Shown piece after piece: positions 28,901 to 36,544 of a DNA stretch of 64,000 nucleotides. Within the stretch, counting starts at the first letter, position 1. The number at the start of each line of letters is the position of its first letter. Origin of the DNA: Candidatus Hydrogenedentota bacterium (GTDB lineage Bacteria; Hydrogenedentota; Hydrogenedentia; Hydrogenedentales; CAITNO01); NCBI GenBank assembly GCA_012730105.1, contig JAAYBJ010000278.1, forward strand, positions 444 to 64,443. The letters are read 5' to 3'. The notes below the pieces were generated by a model. It was not told the DNA's origin. It saw only the letters and a list, made by a program, of their open reading frames with translations, and did not search any database. Both the position numbers and the translations under genes were made by a program.

Positions 28901-30222
28901 GCGTGGCCATTTACCGTGACAACGATAATCATCCCAACAACCGCAACGGACTTTTTGACCCGGATATCGATATCCCGATGAGCCTGGATACCCCGCCCCG
29001 GTTTACAGGGCGCAACGCCGAAGACATCAAAGTACGGTTTGCGTTTTCTCTGCCCGGAACGCGGGATTTCCCGCTGCCGATAGCCGATCAGCCCAGAAAC
29101 CGTCAATGGGTGCCCGACACCTTCGGTACCGCCGCCGGTGACCCGGCGAACGGTTCGGATTTCATCGTTGTGCTGCGCGCCGCGCAGGGCATGCAGGTGG
29201 GTGACAACCTCCGTGCGGGCATCGTCTCCTATGGGCCGAACACGCCCACCGAACCGGATCCGCATATCTGGGCAGGGTTCGAGACGGACGGGCAGTATGA
29301 TTATCTGAAGTTCCGTGAATTCCCCTGGGCGGACCGGGGTGTTGGGTTTGTGACCTTCTTCAAAGAGGCGCCGACCTGGTATTTCATGAACGGATACAAT
29401 GGCGTGCAGCGTCCCGATACCAGCGGGTACAATTGGATTCGCTCGAGCAGCACCGAAAAGCGGCGGTCCGGCTTGGTTACCGCCCGGAACCGGCCGATCG
29501 GACCGCAAACCATTGAGATTACCTCCGTGTCGCAAAGCGTGCTGCCCATACAGACGTTGCCCGGCCAGGGCTTCTCCTTCGTGATCTACGGCACCAATTT
29601 CGGCACAAATCCCACCGTGGTGTTGAGCGGTTATAACGTCACGGTGGACTCGGCCACCGACACGGCCATACGCATTACTATTGAGAGCCGTGATGACGTG
29701 GTGCCCCAGGAGCCGGTGACGCTTATCGTGCGTAATCCCGAAACCGGGGAAGAGGTGAGCAGGTCAGATCTCTTCTCGTTGACTGGCAATATGAGCATTA
29801 CCGGGCCGAAGCTGCTCCGGGTCGATCCGTCCAGCGGCCGGAAGGATGATTTCCCGGTTACCATACTGGGTGAAAACTTCTTTGATACGGCCAATCTGGC
29901 CGTGCATTTTGACGGCACCCTGATGCCGATATTGGATGTTTCGGCGGATGGCACCGCCATCACCGTCGGTTTCCCCATTGGCGGCCTGCCGCAGCCCGGG
30001 TTGCTGGACGTCTCCGTATCCAGCACCGGCGCAAACAGCGGTAAGGACATCCTGATTGACGGGTTTGAGTATATTAACCCCGAGTCGCGGGAAAAAGTCC
30101 GTTTCTTCGGCTGTTCCCCGGCGACGGGAGAGTCCGCGGGTATTTTTGGCGACCTGGTGTTGCTGGCCGCGCTTGTCGTGCTGTTGGCCGTTTCCGGACG
30201 CCGCCGCGGCGTACAATCTTGA
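22939..30222 (+). CDS. Giant secreted protein (reprolysin-like pseudo-zincin domain + Kelch propeller + IPT/TIG domains + C-terminal sorting-signal-like tail)
   Basis: Start set at ATG 22939 (MIFSRVSPTKGKRILLSVMMLPLFMAVILGVSAS signal) with GGAG 8 nt upstream; the ORF opens at 22885. Degenerate zincin block RQTGYNLGCNN at 23989-24021. Six Kelch-like blades (WLLGG/WLLGGY/YVMGG/FVMGGQ/WVIGGW). Two IPT/TIG-like domains near the C-terminus. The tail is FGCSPATGESAG + hydrophobic helix + RRRG. Confidence 0.8.
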   Translation: MIFSRVSPTKGKRILLSVMMLPLFMAVILGVSASRLPLEAAVPAEPAVSATALVYGVGESTVYSEIPEKKQTLRRREVIVDKSVLESDAFVTGESTVTFLLFDDLLLSGVLERESSPMPGVRNCSGRILEKEHGYFSFSFDDAGRSLTQIEVLEDRIAYIISEDTLSGNYYVVELPLDQVHTAASYAPLSAPVPESGDDLVAMEENDSSAGIDVLVAYTPEAEAWADANRSGIANVLAQSLERANQTFADSEVDLRLRLVLAAPVAYQESGDANTDLFRATFSADFDPDGLDTEGALDELQEWRESCGADLVVLMTAGANGAAWLMKDPAGDARYGFSVVPVQNADVALVRQTGYNLGCNNSRNQQENPAAEEGGLYDFSTGARWVGDDGQGYASIMTCPEGDLQVFLFSNPEINFAGVPTGAYDGPGAPADNARSLRAAMARVAAYREEKTPEEGEGGPEEGESAESDNQNEDDKDGESISEKTGASDAAMDKAVAEPRIYIFGGTYGYTGEDPLGFDKLLADNVYKMTTSPPAGHVWESKSYNSEFGYRAGHANIVNSQGLWLLGGFSNIAASPDRNEIWLLKANDETWERRVTYAAWEGRRGHTALFFDGKAWLLGGYRAKTSTSEEKFYNDVFYSGDVMTWTQKTAAANWAARTYHTSAVFDGKMYVMGGAAKDTEGSLARFDDIWYSEDGGNWTQETPGTHWSPRYGHTSVVFEITPGQPRIFVMGGQVGDDFTNKSSYANDVWSSEDGINWTEETGNAGWAGRREHASVVYDGKIWVIGGWYRDGGTSHDLRDVWYSTNGRDWVMADPQPSWFARRGLSAAVFPAEGGGEGEGETEGEGPTEGETEGETEEVPAADLSIESKVRDKEALLPLHDWVPLFRIAMSFEDDNPAPRYLKRLVYRLVNDDSFDDERGLNYQVIQDLDASDLLEFGIFNDFNVEGDQAGVARNGNLDSGDELLFSWDSHGYDRGRLLTANPVEGSNLLYDITFDYTNRLYNLSASCTCDGEGSTYIVAVRTSATWRSQLSLGVEVLEAEMVTPAGVRPVDEEGAPIDSYSPDFYGEDPETLEAGAFYSASFGAYDPSGPDFSSMPVVSEWGTVPTPNFWQRTPHLAIPLAEFSRPRWNKPLQLMTIATGQFMEFRNLLSMDDWTAVVGINLHASRSYSGGLNDQGKAVLREVNVILTDVGGDPYGEPGNGGFNPRNALKPVIDARADGGTDGHHVCHNGLWVWHDTNNNQLFDVPTPQLVGGVSFSGDEPLYSYENYYEWEYIPEPPGGGDPWWKMRLRFLGTDEYPQAYVEAPPDNASFNFDDDGVKVSSEFSYDYFVVARFDSGFRDCSLRPATNAGARPGAEFRAFIEPRRYDVIAGSWTGGIYVDSQIPTMDLPLPVGPWQNDPRWFDEPFWPERTLNADAAKPFRLGVEVHDLVLTYKPEVDLNDYRMLLEDPLQYLFMLTPNYLIAENLELSFQSLGYVPVENMLPSLLGLWTDPLGLAMSQFQNGHYPEIYTFFPVEISLTSSIFGNTFQLLTTRWPYPQDCFENAPFYSDYTDVAPQGPRSAAYPVPPEAPVTPSYLTWPGQPVRGQYPRFSDWDPADARARLLTQKISANSKHTPMLGINLTGSVDPVVNSEGNSASLAEVNVAFWGPDFSPDILKPLDPDNNKNQSLASGVLLWDNDPAAPTSIFMPRVFFNTEELDGYGDSPLPMFHRIVPVTGAKWGVAPELVDLSGDGLADDLDGNGYVDEADKAWVLTLAPGANWELPQNDVPGTETGGLDLYITVKTSDQIGRFQKFRAVVPATLPSRPSNQRDAGIQFYPALNTSSRAYLKAHGDEGPVQEYYGHDMMEANVPMKIVDMTQRWTDINIGGSAVPVLGLDIATNRADGTRAQGNFGTGSPGTFVVDTVNWVANAFAGDFLIDERFESYEILSNTSNALMLRSGTPRGGAWRIVQDPTFLEEVTVELYQEGTVATFNPLTDLLPLDIDQRISGVAIYRDNDNHPNNRNGLFDPDIDIPMSLDTPPRFTGRNAEDIKVRFAFSLPGTRDFPLPIADQPRNRQWVPDTFGTAAGDPANGSDFIVVLRAAQGMQVGDNLRAGIVSYGPNTPTEPDPHIWAGFETDGQYDYLKFREFPWADRGVGFVTFFKEAPTWYFMNGYNGVQRPDTSGYNWIRSSSTEKRRSGLVTARNRPIGPQTIEITSVSQSVLPIQTLPGQGFSFVIYGTNFGTNPTVVLSGYNVTVDSATDTAIRITIESRDDVVPQEPVTLIVRNPETGEEVSRSDLFSLTGNMSITGPKLLRVDPSSGRKDDFPVTILGENFFDTANLAVHFDGTLMPILDVSADGTAITVGFPIGGLPQPGLLDVSVSSTGANSGKDILIDGFEYINPESREKVRFFGCSPATGESAGIFGDLVLLAALVVLLAVSGRRRGVQS

Positions 30223-30256
30223 TTTGACATGACTGAGCCTAGGAAAGGATTGACGG

Positions 30257-32866
30257 ATGACTAAGGCTATGCGTCTTCTGGCAGCGGTTGCCTGTGTTGT
30301 GCTGGTGACGGCCGGACTTGCCGGATCCGCCTACGGGTTCTTCCCTAAGGGCGGGTTTAACCTGAACCAGCAAATACGATACGCCACCTGGCCCTTCAGA
30401 GATTTCGATACGAATGAAAATGGCACCATTGAAGAGGGTGAAGGCTTGGAATTTCGTATTGAAACCGGGCCTCGGGGCTTCAGCAGCGCTGAGGTCGATC
30501 TGGTCAAGGCGGGCTTCGCCGTCTGGCAGGATGTGCCCACAAGCTACGCCGCTTTTCGCTTCGTGGGAAATATTGAAGATCCTCTTCTTCCGGGTATGCT
30601 GAACATGGATTACCTGCCTATGGTGTTCATGCAGGTCGAAGAAGTGGCCGCGGATGACGGGTATTCACAGCCGGATGCGGATGAGTACCTGACCTCGGGC
30701 CTGTCTTGGGCCATTCCGGCCATTACCTACCTTACCTATACCATAGACACCGCCGTTATCGATGTGGCCGAAAGACAGGTCATTGTCCCCGCCGGAACCA
30801 TCCTCGATTGTGATATTGTGGTCAATGCTTCCGTTCATCGCGCCGGCATTGTTACCGGTACCAGCTTTGGCACCCTGGATCTTCAGGCCACCGTCGCGCA
30901 TCATGTCGGACAGTTGCTTGGACTGGCCTATACGCCGCTGAACAATCTGGACCCGTATAACGAAGTGACCATGGAAGGCGCCGATATCGGTTTGCCCGTG
31001 GAGCCCGCGGTGCTGCAGATTACCGGCACGGACGGTTTGCGCGGTATCCGCGGGGCGACGCCGACCATGTTCCCCGTCTATTTCCTTACCGAAATGCCGG
31101 AAGGCGATTTTGTAGGCGGCTGGCGCGATCTTGCGCCCGACGACATTTCCGGCATTTCCTGGCTTTATCCCCGGGAGGACGGGTTGCAGAATTTCTTCAC
31201 CGTCCAGCAGGAAGCGCGCACCCACACGCGCGATACGTCCGGGGTGCCGTCTGCGCCGGTGTCCGGGGCCCATATTGTGGCGTGGGCAAGCCTGGGAACG
31301 GGCGATACCGGAGAACGGGTGCCCCTGTTCAGCACGATGACGGGCCTGTATCAGAAATCTTCCAACACCCAGTTGCAGGGCAGGTTCAGCCTTATGGGGC
31401 TCTGGAAGCAAATGGAACTGCCCGGCGGGCTGGATGTGATGTACGAACCCTCCTATGTGTTCACAATGAATCAACTGAACGGGGCCGGTTATGAGCGTCA
31501 GGCGCCGCCGGAGGTGACCCCGGACTATTTCGACAGCCTGCAGGGGCCCATCCCGGTCAGTTATTCCCTTTATACGCGTGATCCCGGATCTTTCAGCACC
31601 AATTATCCCTCCGAGGTCTATAATGAATATGGAAACGTGTATGGGATCGACAATTATGTCACCGGCACGCCGCTCGCCTGGAGCTTCACGAAAAATACCG
31701 TGGTGAGCCGGGAATCCGACAAGATACTGTCTGAAATGCTCCCTACCACCCGGCCCATGTTTGGGGATCAGGACGTTGTCTGCCCCATGAATATCATCGA
31801 GAATATCGGAGAAGGAACCACCGATACCGAAACCGTGCTTGATGGCGCCGAAGGGATTCTTGAAGGTATTACCGGAGAAGGGGATCTCGGCGGGTTGACC
31901 GGGCTCCTGGGCACGTTAGGCAAAGATGACGGCAATTCCGGCGGATGGGGCGGCGGTTCCGGCGCGCGTGCAGTCTTCGCGCGTGTCAACTACCGACTGC
32001 GCGCGTTTCGTGATGATGTGCTGCTCAAGTCGGCAGCCGGTACCGCGCTTGTGGACCTGTATTATCGGATTGCACCTTACCTTGCGGGGCAATTGTTGAG
32101 ACACGGAACGGTGCTGCGCCTGGTGCGCGGAATTATCCTTGCTGGAACAAGCATCTGGGAGTCTGGAATCATGACCTTTGGTTTGTTGACCGTCGCCGGC
32201 CTGCTGATATGGAGATTGCGGCCGCGTACGCGCGGCCTTCAAGCGGCGGCGGCAGGTATGCTGGTTTTTATCGTGGTCGTTTCCGCTGCCTTTGCCGGGC
32301 AAATGCCCATACCTACCGAAGACCTCGTCGCGGAAGCCAGTTATATCTTTACCGGCGAAGTAATCAGCGCGGACGGGCGCGTGGCCGGAGACAACCGTAT
32401 TTACACGGATGTCGTTATCAAAGTCCGCAATGTGGTGAAAGGGCAACTGAACCAGAACTCCAATCTGACATTTTCGGTTGTCGGAGGCAAATATGGAAAC
32501 ATCGTGACCTCCGCTACTTCCATTCCGGGCTTTGCCAAAGGGGACCAGGCGTTGTTGTACCTGAAGGATACCGATAAATTCGGGCTGATTCCCTTTGGTG
32601 GCTATCGGAGCAAGGTGCCCATCGTGCTGGACCCGGAGACCAACGAAGAAATGCTTGTCAGTGACGGCGCCCTGGTTGAAGGAGAAGCGGAAGAGGGCGA
32701 GGGTGCGGATACCGAGGGTGAATCAACCAAAAGCCGCATGCCTTCCACGGACGAAGACAACGTGGCCAGTTCCAGTCCGGCGCCCCCGGCGGAGACGCCT
32801 TCCGGATTGGTGCCGCTGGATGAATATCTGTACTATCTGCGCGGGCTGGTTCGAAGCCTGCGCTGA
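30257..32866 (+). CDS. Secreted/membrane protein with matrixin-like domain bearing degenerate HExxH (pseudo-metalloprotease), partner of giant protein
   Basis: Signal peptide MTKAMRLLAAVACVVLVTAGLAGSAYG. Matrixin-like AEVDLVKAGFAVWQDV...AAFRFVG and TLDLQATVAHHVGQLLGLAYT (HExxHxxGxxH degraded to HHxxQxxGxxY). Two TM helices near residues 590-650. Acidic EGE tail. 34-bp gap after the giant gene. Confidence 0.75.
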   Translation: MTKAMRLLAAVACVVLVTAGLAGSAYGFFPKGGFNLNQQIRYATWPFRDFDTNENGTIEEGEGLEFRIETGPRGFSSAEVDLVKAGFAVWQDVPTSYAAFRFVGNIEDPLLPGMLNMDYLPMVFMQVEEVAADDGYSQPDADEYLTSGLSWAIPAITYLTYTIDTAVIDVAERQVIVPAGTILDCDIVVNASVHRAGIVTGTSFGTLDLQATVAHHVGQLLGLAYTPLNNLDPYNEVTMEGADIGLPVEPAVLQITGTDGLRGIRGATPTMFPVYFLTEMPEGDFVGGWRDLAPDDISGISWLYPREDGLQNFFTVQQEARTHTRDTSGVPSAPVSGAHIVAWASLGTGDTGERVPLFSTMTGLYQKSSNTQLQGRFSLMGLWKQMELPGGLDVMYEPSYVFTMNQLNGAGYERQAPPEVTPDYFDSLQGPIPVSYSLYTRDPGSFSTNYPSEVYNEYGNVYGIDNYVTGTPLAWSFTKNTVVSRESDKILSEMLPTTRPMFGDQDVVCPMNIIENIGEGTTDTETVLDGAEGILEGITGEGDLGGLTGLLGTLGKDDGNSGGWGGGSGARAVFARVNYRLRAFRDDVLLKSAAGTALVDLYYRIAPYLAGQLLRHGTVLRLVRGIILAGTSIWESGIMTFGLLTVAGLLIWRLRPRTRGLQAAAAGMLVFIVVVSAAFAGQMPIPTEDLVAEASYIFTGEVISADGRVAGDNRIYTDVVIKVRNVVKGQLNQNSNLTFSVVGGKYGNIVTSATSIPGFAKGDQALLYLKDTDKFGLIPFGGYRSKVPIVLDPETNEEMLVSDGALVEGEAEEGEGADTEGESTKSRMPSTDEDNVASSSPAPPAETPSGLVPLDEYLYYLRGLVRSLR

Positions 32867-32881
32867 GTCGGCGTAAATACA

Positions 32882-32930
32882 CACGCGGGCGGCGGAACCA
32901 TTTTCTGTTCCGCCGCCCGCGTGCTTTATT
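32882..32930. terminator. Strong bidirectional intrinsic terminator between convergent genes
   Basis: Perfect 17-bp stem cacgcgggcggcggaac / gttccgccgcccgcgtg with loop cattttct, followed by ctttatt. Confidence 0.8.
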
Positions 32931-32954
32931 CCACAAGGCGTCTTCCGCGGAGAC

Positions 32955-35021
32955 TTAGACGGGTGCGCTCACTTCGTTGGCGTCGGGGGTTACCGCTTCT
33001 TCCGGAGATTCTTCAAAGGGCACTTCCTGCTGCTCGGGCAGAGGCACTGTTATTGGGCGCTCGCATTTGTCCCCGTCACAATACAGATCCTGGGCTTCAT
33101 CGGTATTCATGGCGTGGAAATTGAGCGGCTGCAATCTGGCTATCGCGCTTTCGTAGGCCTCGGGCGTTATTTCCTGGTAAGGCGCCTGGGGATAGTTGTG
33201 GTCCAGTAGCGGCAGGAACGAAATCGATTTCAGGCGGGTTTCGTACAACTCCAGAATAAACGGAATTTCCTTGGCTTCCTCCGACCGGAATGTGATGGTG
33301 GCGCTTACCTGGTTATCGGCCCAGTAATACTGCATCTGCGCCACATTTTCCACCTGTTCCCAGACGCTGACGTCTTTCTTGCTGCGCAGGAAATACTTTT
33401 CCTTTACCGGAAAATAGGCAATCAGCGTATTGTCGCCATATACCGACTCTTCAAGGCGGTAGCCCGCCTGCCGGATGGGCTCTATCAACGCGCTGGTCTT
33501 GTCAAGCCGTATGGTGCGCCAGTAATGTTGGCTGTGCGGGTAGTGTATGCCGGGGGTAACGCCCGGGAGCAGTGAAACAGTGCCGCTGGGCTTGATGCTG
33601 GTGCGCTTGATGCTTTCCGGAACGCAAAGCCACTGGGAATAGATGCGGTCGAGTTTTCCCACGTATTTGTAGCCTTCATCGCACCACCGGAAATGTTCCC
33701 GGCGCCCGTGCCGGGCAAAGCTTTCCACAATACCAGACTGGGAGAGGCCGATGCGGCGGTTACGCAGCATGATGGCGTTGGTGCGTTCATTGTGCGTGGG
33801 AATAAGGGTAACCGTTTTCGCGTACAAATAAGCGAATTTCAAGGTACGCAGGTATTCTTCGAGGGATTCGTGACGGGCGGGGAAGGTTTCCACCAGGTTG
33901 CAGATTTCGTAGGATTCCAGGCTTTGTTCCGCGCAGGGGTTGGTGCCGGCCACCTTGGCGTCAATATAAGTGGGGCCGTCTTTGACGCGTCCATAGGCCC
34001 GTGCGTTTTCCAGCCAGAAATAGCCCGGTTCGCCGTTGGAGGCGGTTTGGGTGCCCGCGCGCATGTAATCCATGCCCTCGATGGCGATGACGCTGTTGTT
34101 GGACGCCCAGCGCCACTCCATCAGCTGTTCCTTGCAGCGTTTGGGATCCTTGAGCTGCAGGTAGTCCTCGTCATTTGGGTCGCCCAGGGCCAACTCGGCT
34201 GTGCGGCGCACGCCGCCGGAAACCACGCACTTCCCGATGACGTTCATCAGGTCGGTGATATCCGTGGAGGATAGGGGATGACCGTCCCGTGGGGACAGGA
34301 TCTTGTCGATATTGGCAACGCACTCCTTGAGCGGGCCGGGACCCGGCGCGATGCCGCCGAATGTTTTAATGGGCGAGCCCAGCGGCCGAATTTTGGAATA
34401 ATCAATATGCACCGGCCGTGTGCCGCGCCCCACGTAGGCGTTGAGCACGGTGCGCACCAGGTCCGTCCAGCCTTCCTTGGAGTCTTCCACCACATGGGTG
34501 TATTCCCCTTTCTGTGGCGCGCGGATGGTTACCCGGCCGGCGCCCTTGGTGTCAAAGGCGACGCCGGTGCCCAGCATGGACAGATCCATCAGGAAGCAAA
34601 AGGGCTCGGCGAAATCCGTGTCAATCTCTTCCGTGGACACGAAGGCGCAATTATTCAGCGCCGCGCTTCCGCGGATATAAATATAGTCGGTGCCCATCAT
34701 CCAAAGGCCGCGCCCGGGCGGCAGGAACTTGAAATGCCACATCAGGCGGAACATTTCCTGGGCGGACCGCTGCGCTTTCTCAGGCTTCCAGGGAAGTTTC
34801 AGGCTCAGGCAATGATTCCACTGAATGGTGTAGCACCCTTCCACGACGCGGCGCAGTGTTTCCCAGAATTCCTCGGTTCGGTTCGAGGCGTCGTCTTGAA
34901 TGGCGCGCGCATACGTGCGCTTGTAGGTGATATATCCCAGGGGGCCCCATTCAGGTTGCCGGTCTTTGAACTGCTCCAAAAACCGTCCATCCAATTTGAA
35001 TCGTTCTCGTACAGCAAACAT
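32955..35021 (-). CDS. nrdJ: Adenosylcobalamin-dependent (class II) ribonucleotide reductase
   Basis: GTNPCAEQSL active-site block; 688 aa (RTPR-like). Confidence 0.75.
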   Translation of the reverse strand: MFAVRERFKLDGRFLEQFKDRQPEWGPLGYITYKRTYARAIQDDASNRTEEFWETLRRVVEGCYTIQWNHCLSLKLPWKPEKAQRSAQEMFRLMWHFKFLPPGRGLWMMGTDYIYIRGSAALNNCAFVSTEEIDTDFAEPFCFLMDLSMLGTGVAFDTKGAGRVTIRAPQKGEYTHVVEDSKEGWTDLVRTVLNAYVGRGTRPVHIDYSKIRPLGSPIKTFGGIAPGPGPLKECVANIDKILSPRDGHPLSSTDITDLMNVIGKCVVSGGVRRTAELALGDPNDEDYLQLKDPKRCKEQLMEWRWASNNSVIAIEGMDYMRAGTQTASNGEPGYFWLENARAYGRVKDGPTYIDAKVAGTNPCAEQSLESYEICNLVETFPARHESLEEYLRTLKFAYLYAKTVTLIPTHNERTNAIMLRNRRIGLSQSGIVESFARHGRREHFRWCDEGYKYVGKLDRIYSQWLCVPESIKRTSIKPSGTVSLLPGVTPGIHYPHSQHYWRTIRLDKTSALIEPIRQAGYRLEESVYGDNTLIAYFPVKEKYFLRSKKDVSVWEQVENVAQMQYYWADNQVSATITFRSEEAKEIPFILELYETRLKSISFLPLLDHNYPQAPYQEITPEAYESAIARLQPLNFHAMNTDEAQDLYCDGDKCERPITVPLPEQQEVPFEESPEEAVTPDANEVSAPV

Positions 35022-35213
35022 GACAACCTCTCCCTTTGTACCGTAGTGACTTAAAAAACACTATAATCTGGCCGGCCTGTCCATTCGGACATGCCGACTC
35101 GCGCACGCGGTGTATTCCCGCGATATCAAACCCATGGCCTCAATAACCACTGCCAGGCAATGGCAAAAGGCCTGTTGTGCCCGAAACGCTCAGCCAGGCG
35201 TTCCGGGTTAAAA

Positions 35214-36149
35214 TTAAATTTTCGGATGGGCCGTCCTGATCCAGGGCAGACCGTCCACATCCGTTTCTTCATAATCCGCGAAAAGATTCGGGTAGCGGTT
35301 CTTGACAAGGTGATAGACCTTCCCGAAGAGAAAACGTATCTCTTCCTCGGCATGGGGATCCGTGCGCATTTCTATAACATGGCGCAGGGTCCGGAAGTTG
35401 CAGGACCAGCCGATGGTCGTGGCAACGCCTATCGGCGCCATCCGCCGGAACGCCGAGGTCAATTTCTTTTTTACGTCAAACTTTTTTTCATCGTCAATGG
35501 CGTAGAGCGCCGCCAATTCACGCTGGATGCGTTCCAGTTCCTCGAAGGTACGGACAAATACTTCCATGCCCGATTCGCTCTCGCGAATATGCAGCGGCAC
35601 ATAGGCGGACAGGGTGTCGAGGCGTACGAAACGAAGGGATTCCTGGGAAATCGCCGTGCCCGTCCGGTGCCGGACCAACTCGTGGGTGACAACCCGGCTC
35701 ACATCGGCAAATATAAAATTCAGCATTGCGTGTTCCAGCACGCTGCCGTGTCCGACTTCTACGATATTGGCAAGATAAGGGGCATTGCCCTCCCGGATGC
35801 GCGTGACATTCGGGTTTAGCCCCGGCTGAAAAGAACGGTAACACAGCCGTCCCATTACTTCGCAGAGCAACTCGCTGTCGCTTGGAGCATCGCTTGTCCA
35901 TTCGGGAGCGCCGGTATGCCGCAAAAACGCCTGAAGGCCTTCCTCGACCAGCCGTGTTTCGCCCACTAGAAAGACTTTCGGCTCAACAATGTTCACAAGT
36001 TGTTCCTTTTGAACGCACACCCCGCCTCCCGGCAGATCGGTCCATCCTGACGCTTCCGCGGACGGCATGACAAAATACCGTATTTGGGAGTCATCCTCGA
36101 AAACTACACAACAGATAGAATTATGCCTCGAAAAATGGTTCCAGGTCAA
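35214..36149 (-). CDS. thyX: Flavin-dependent thymidylate synthase ThyX
   Basis: ThyX signature ELVRHRTGTAISQESLRF (RHRx7S). The true start may be an internal Met, since 311 aa is long for ThyX. Confidence 0.8.
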   Translation of the reverse strand: MTWNHFSRHNSICCVVFEDDSQIRYFVMPSAEASGWTDLPGGGVCVQKEQLVNIVEPKVFLVGETRLVEEGLQAFLRHTGAPEWTSDAPSDSELLCEVMGRLCYRSFQPGLNPNVTRIREGNAPYLANIVEVGHGSVLEHAMLNFIFADVSRVVTHELVRHRTGTAISQESLRFVRLDTLSAYVPLHIRESESGMEVFVRTFEELERIQRELAALYAIDDEKKFDVKKKLTSAFRRMAPIGVATTIGWSCNFRTLRHVIEMRTDPHAEEEIRFLFGKVYHLVKNRYPNLFADYEETDVDGLPWIRTAHPKI

Positions 36150-36344
36150 AGCTTTTTTTTTGCTGAAATCTATCCCCCTGTATTATCGCGAGTTAGTATA
36201 CTTTTAAGATTAATTATTGACAGCATGAAGTCACACATGCCGTGCACATCCGGGGATCTGGGTGCTGTTGTGTCCCCGAATCTCCGACATGCTATTGTAT
36301 TGACTCATAATCAAGGCAACTTAAGGAGCATTGCAGTAAGTTGT

Positions 36345-36398
36345 TGTGGTGCAGGCATCTTGCCTGCTTCGGCGGGCAGGCTGGAAGCCCGCACCACA
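36345..36398 (+). other. Nested GC-rich stem-loop in leader of sugar-phosphate isomerase gene
   Basis: Outer stem tgtggtgcaggc (36345-36356) / gcccgcaccaca (36387-36398). Inner stem gcctgc ttcggcgg gcaggc (36362-36381). Confidence 0.4.
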
Positions 36399-36544
36399 AA
36401 AAGCAGTAGTAAATTGACTCAGCATAAGTTGTCATTAGCATGACTCACTACACTATAGTGTCTTTGGCCCCGGAGGCGATAGCTTTTTACCGTTTCCCGG
36501 GCAGCCCTCATAAGGGATAGCCCGATGAAAGGAAAAGTTCGTTC

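Noticed and set aside
36084-36443. 119-aa plus-strand ORF upstream of the isomerase gene.
   Set aside because: Low coding character and no motif. It overlaps a lower-GC promoter or hairpin region between divergent genes.
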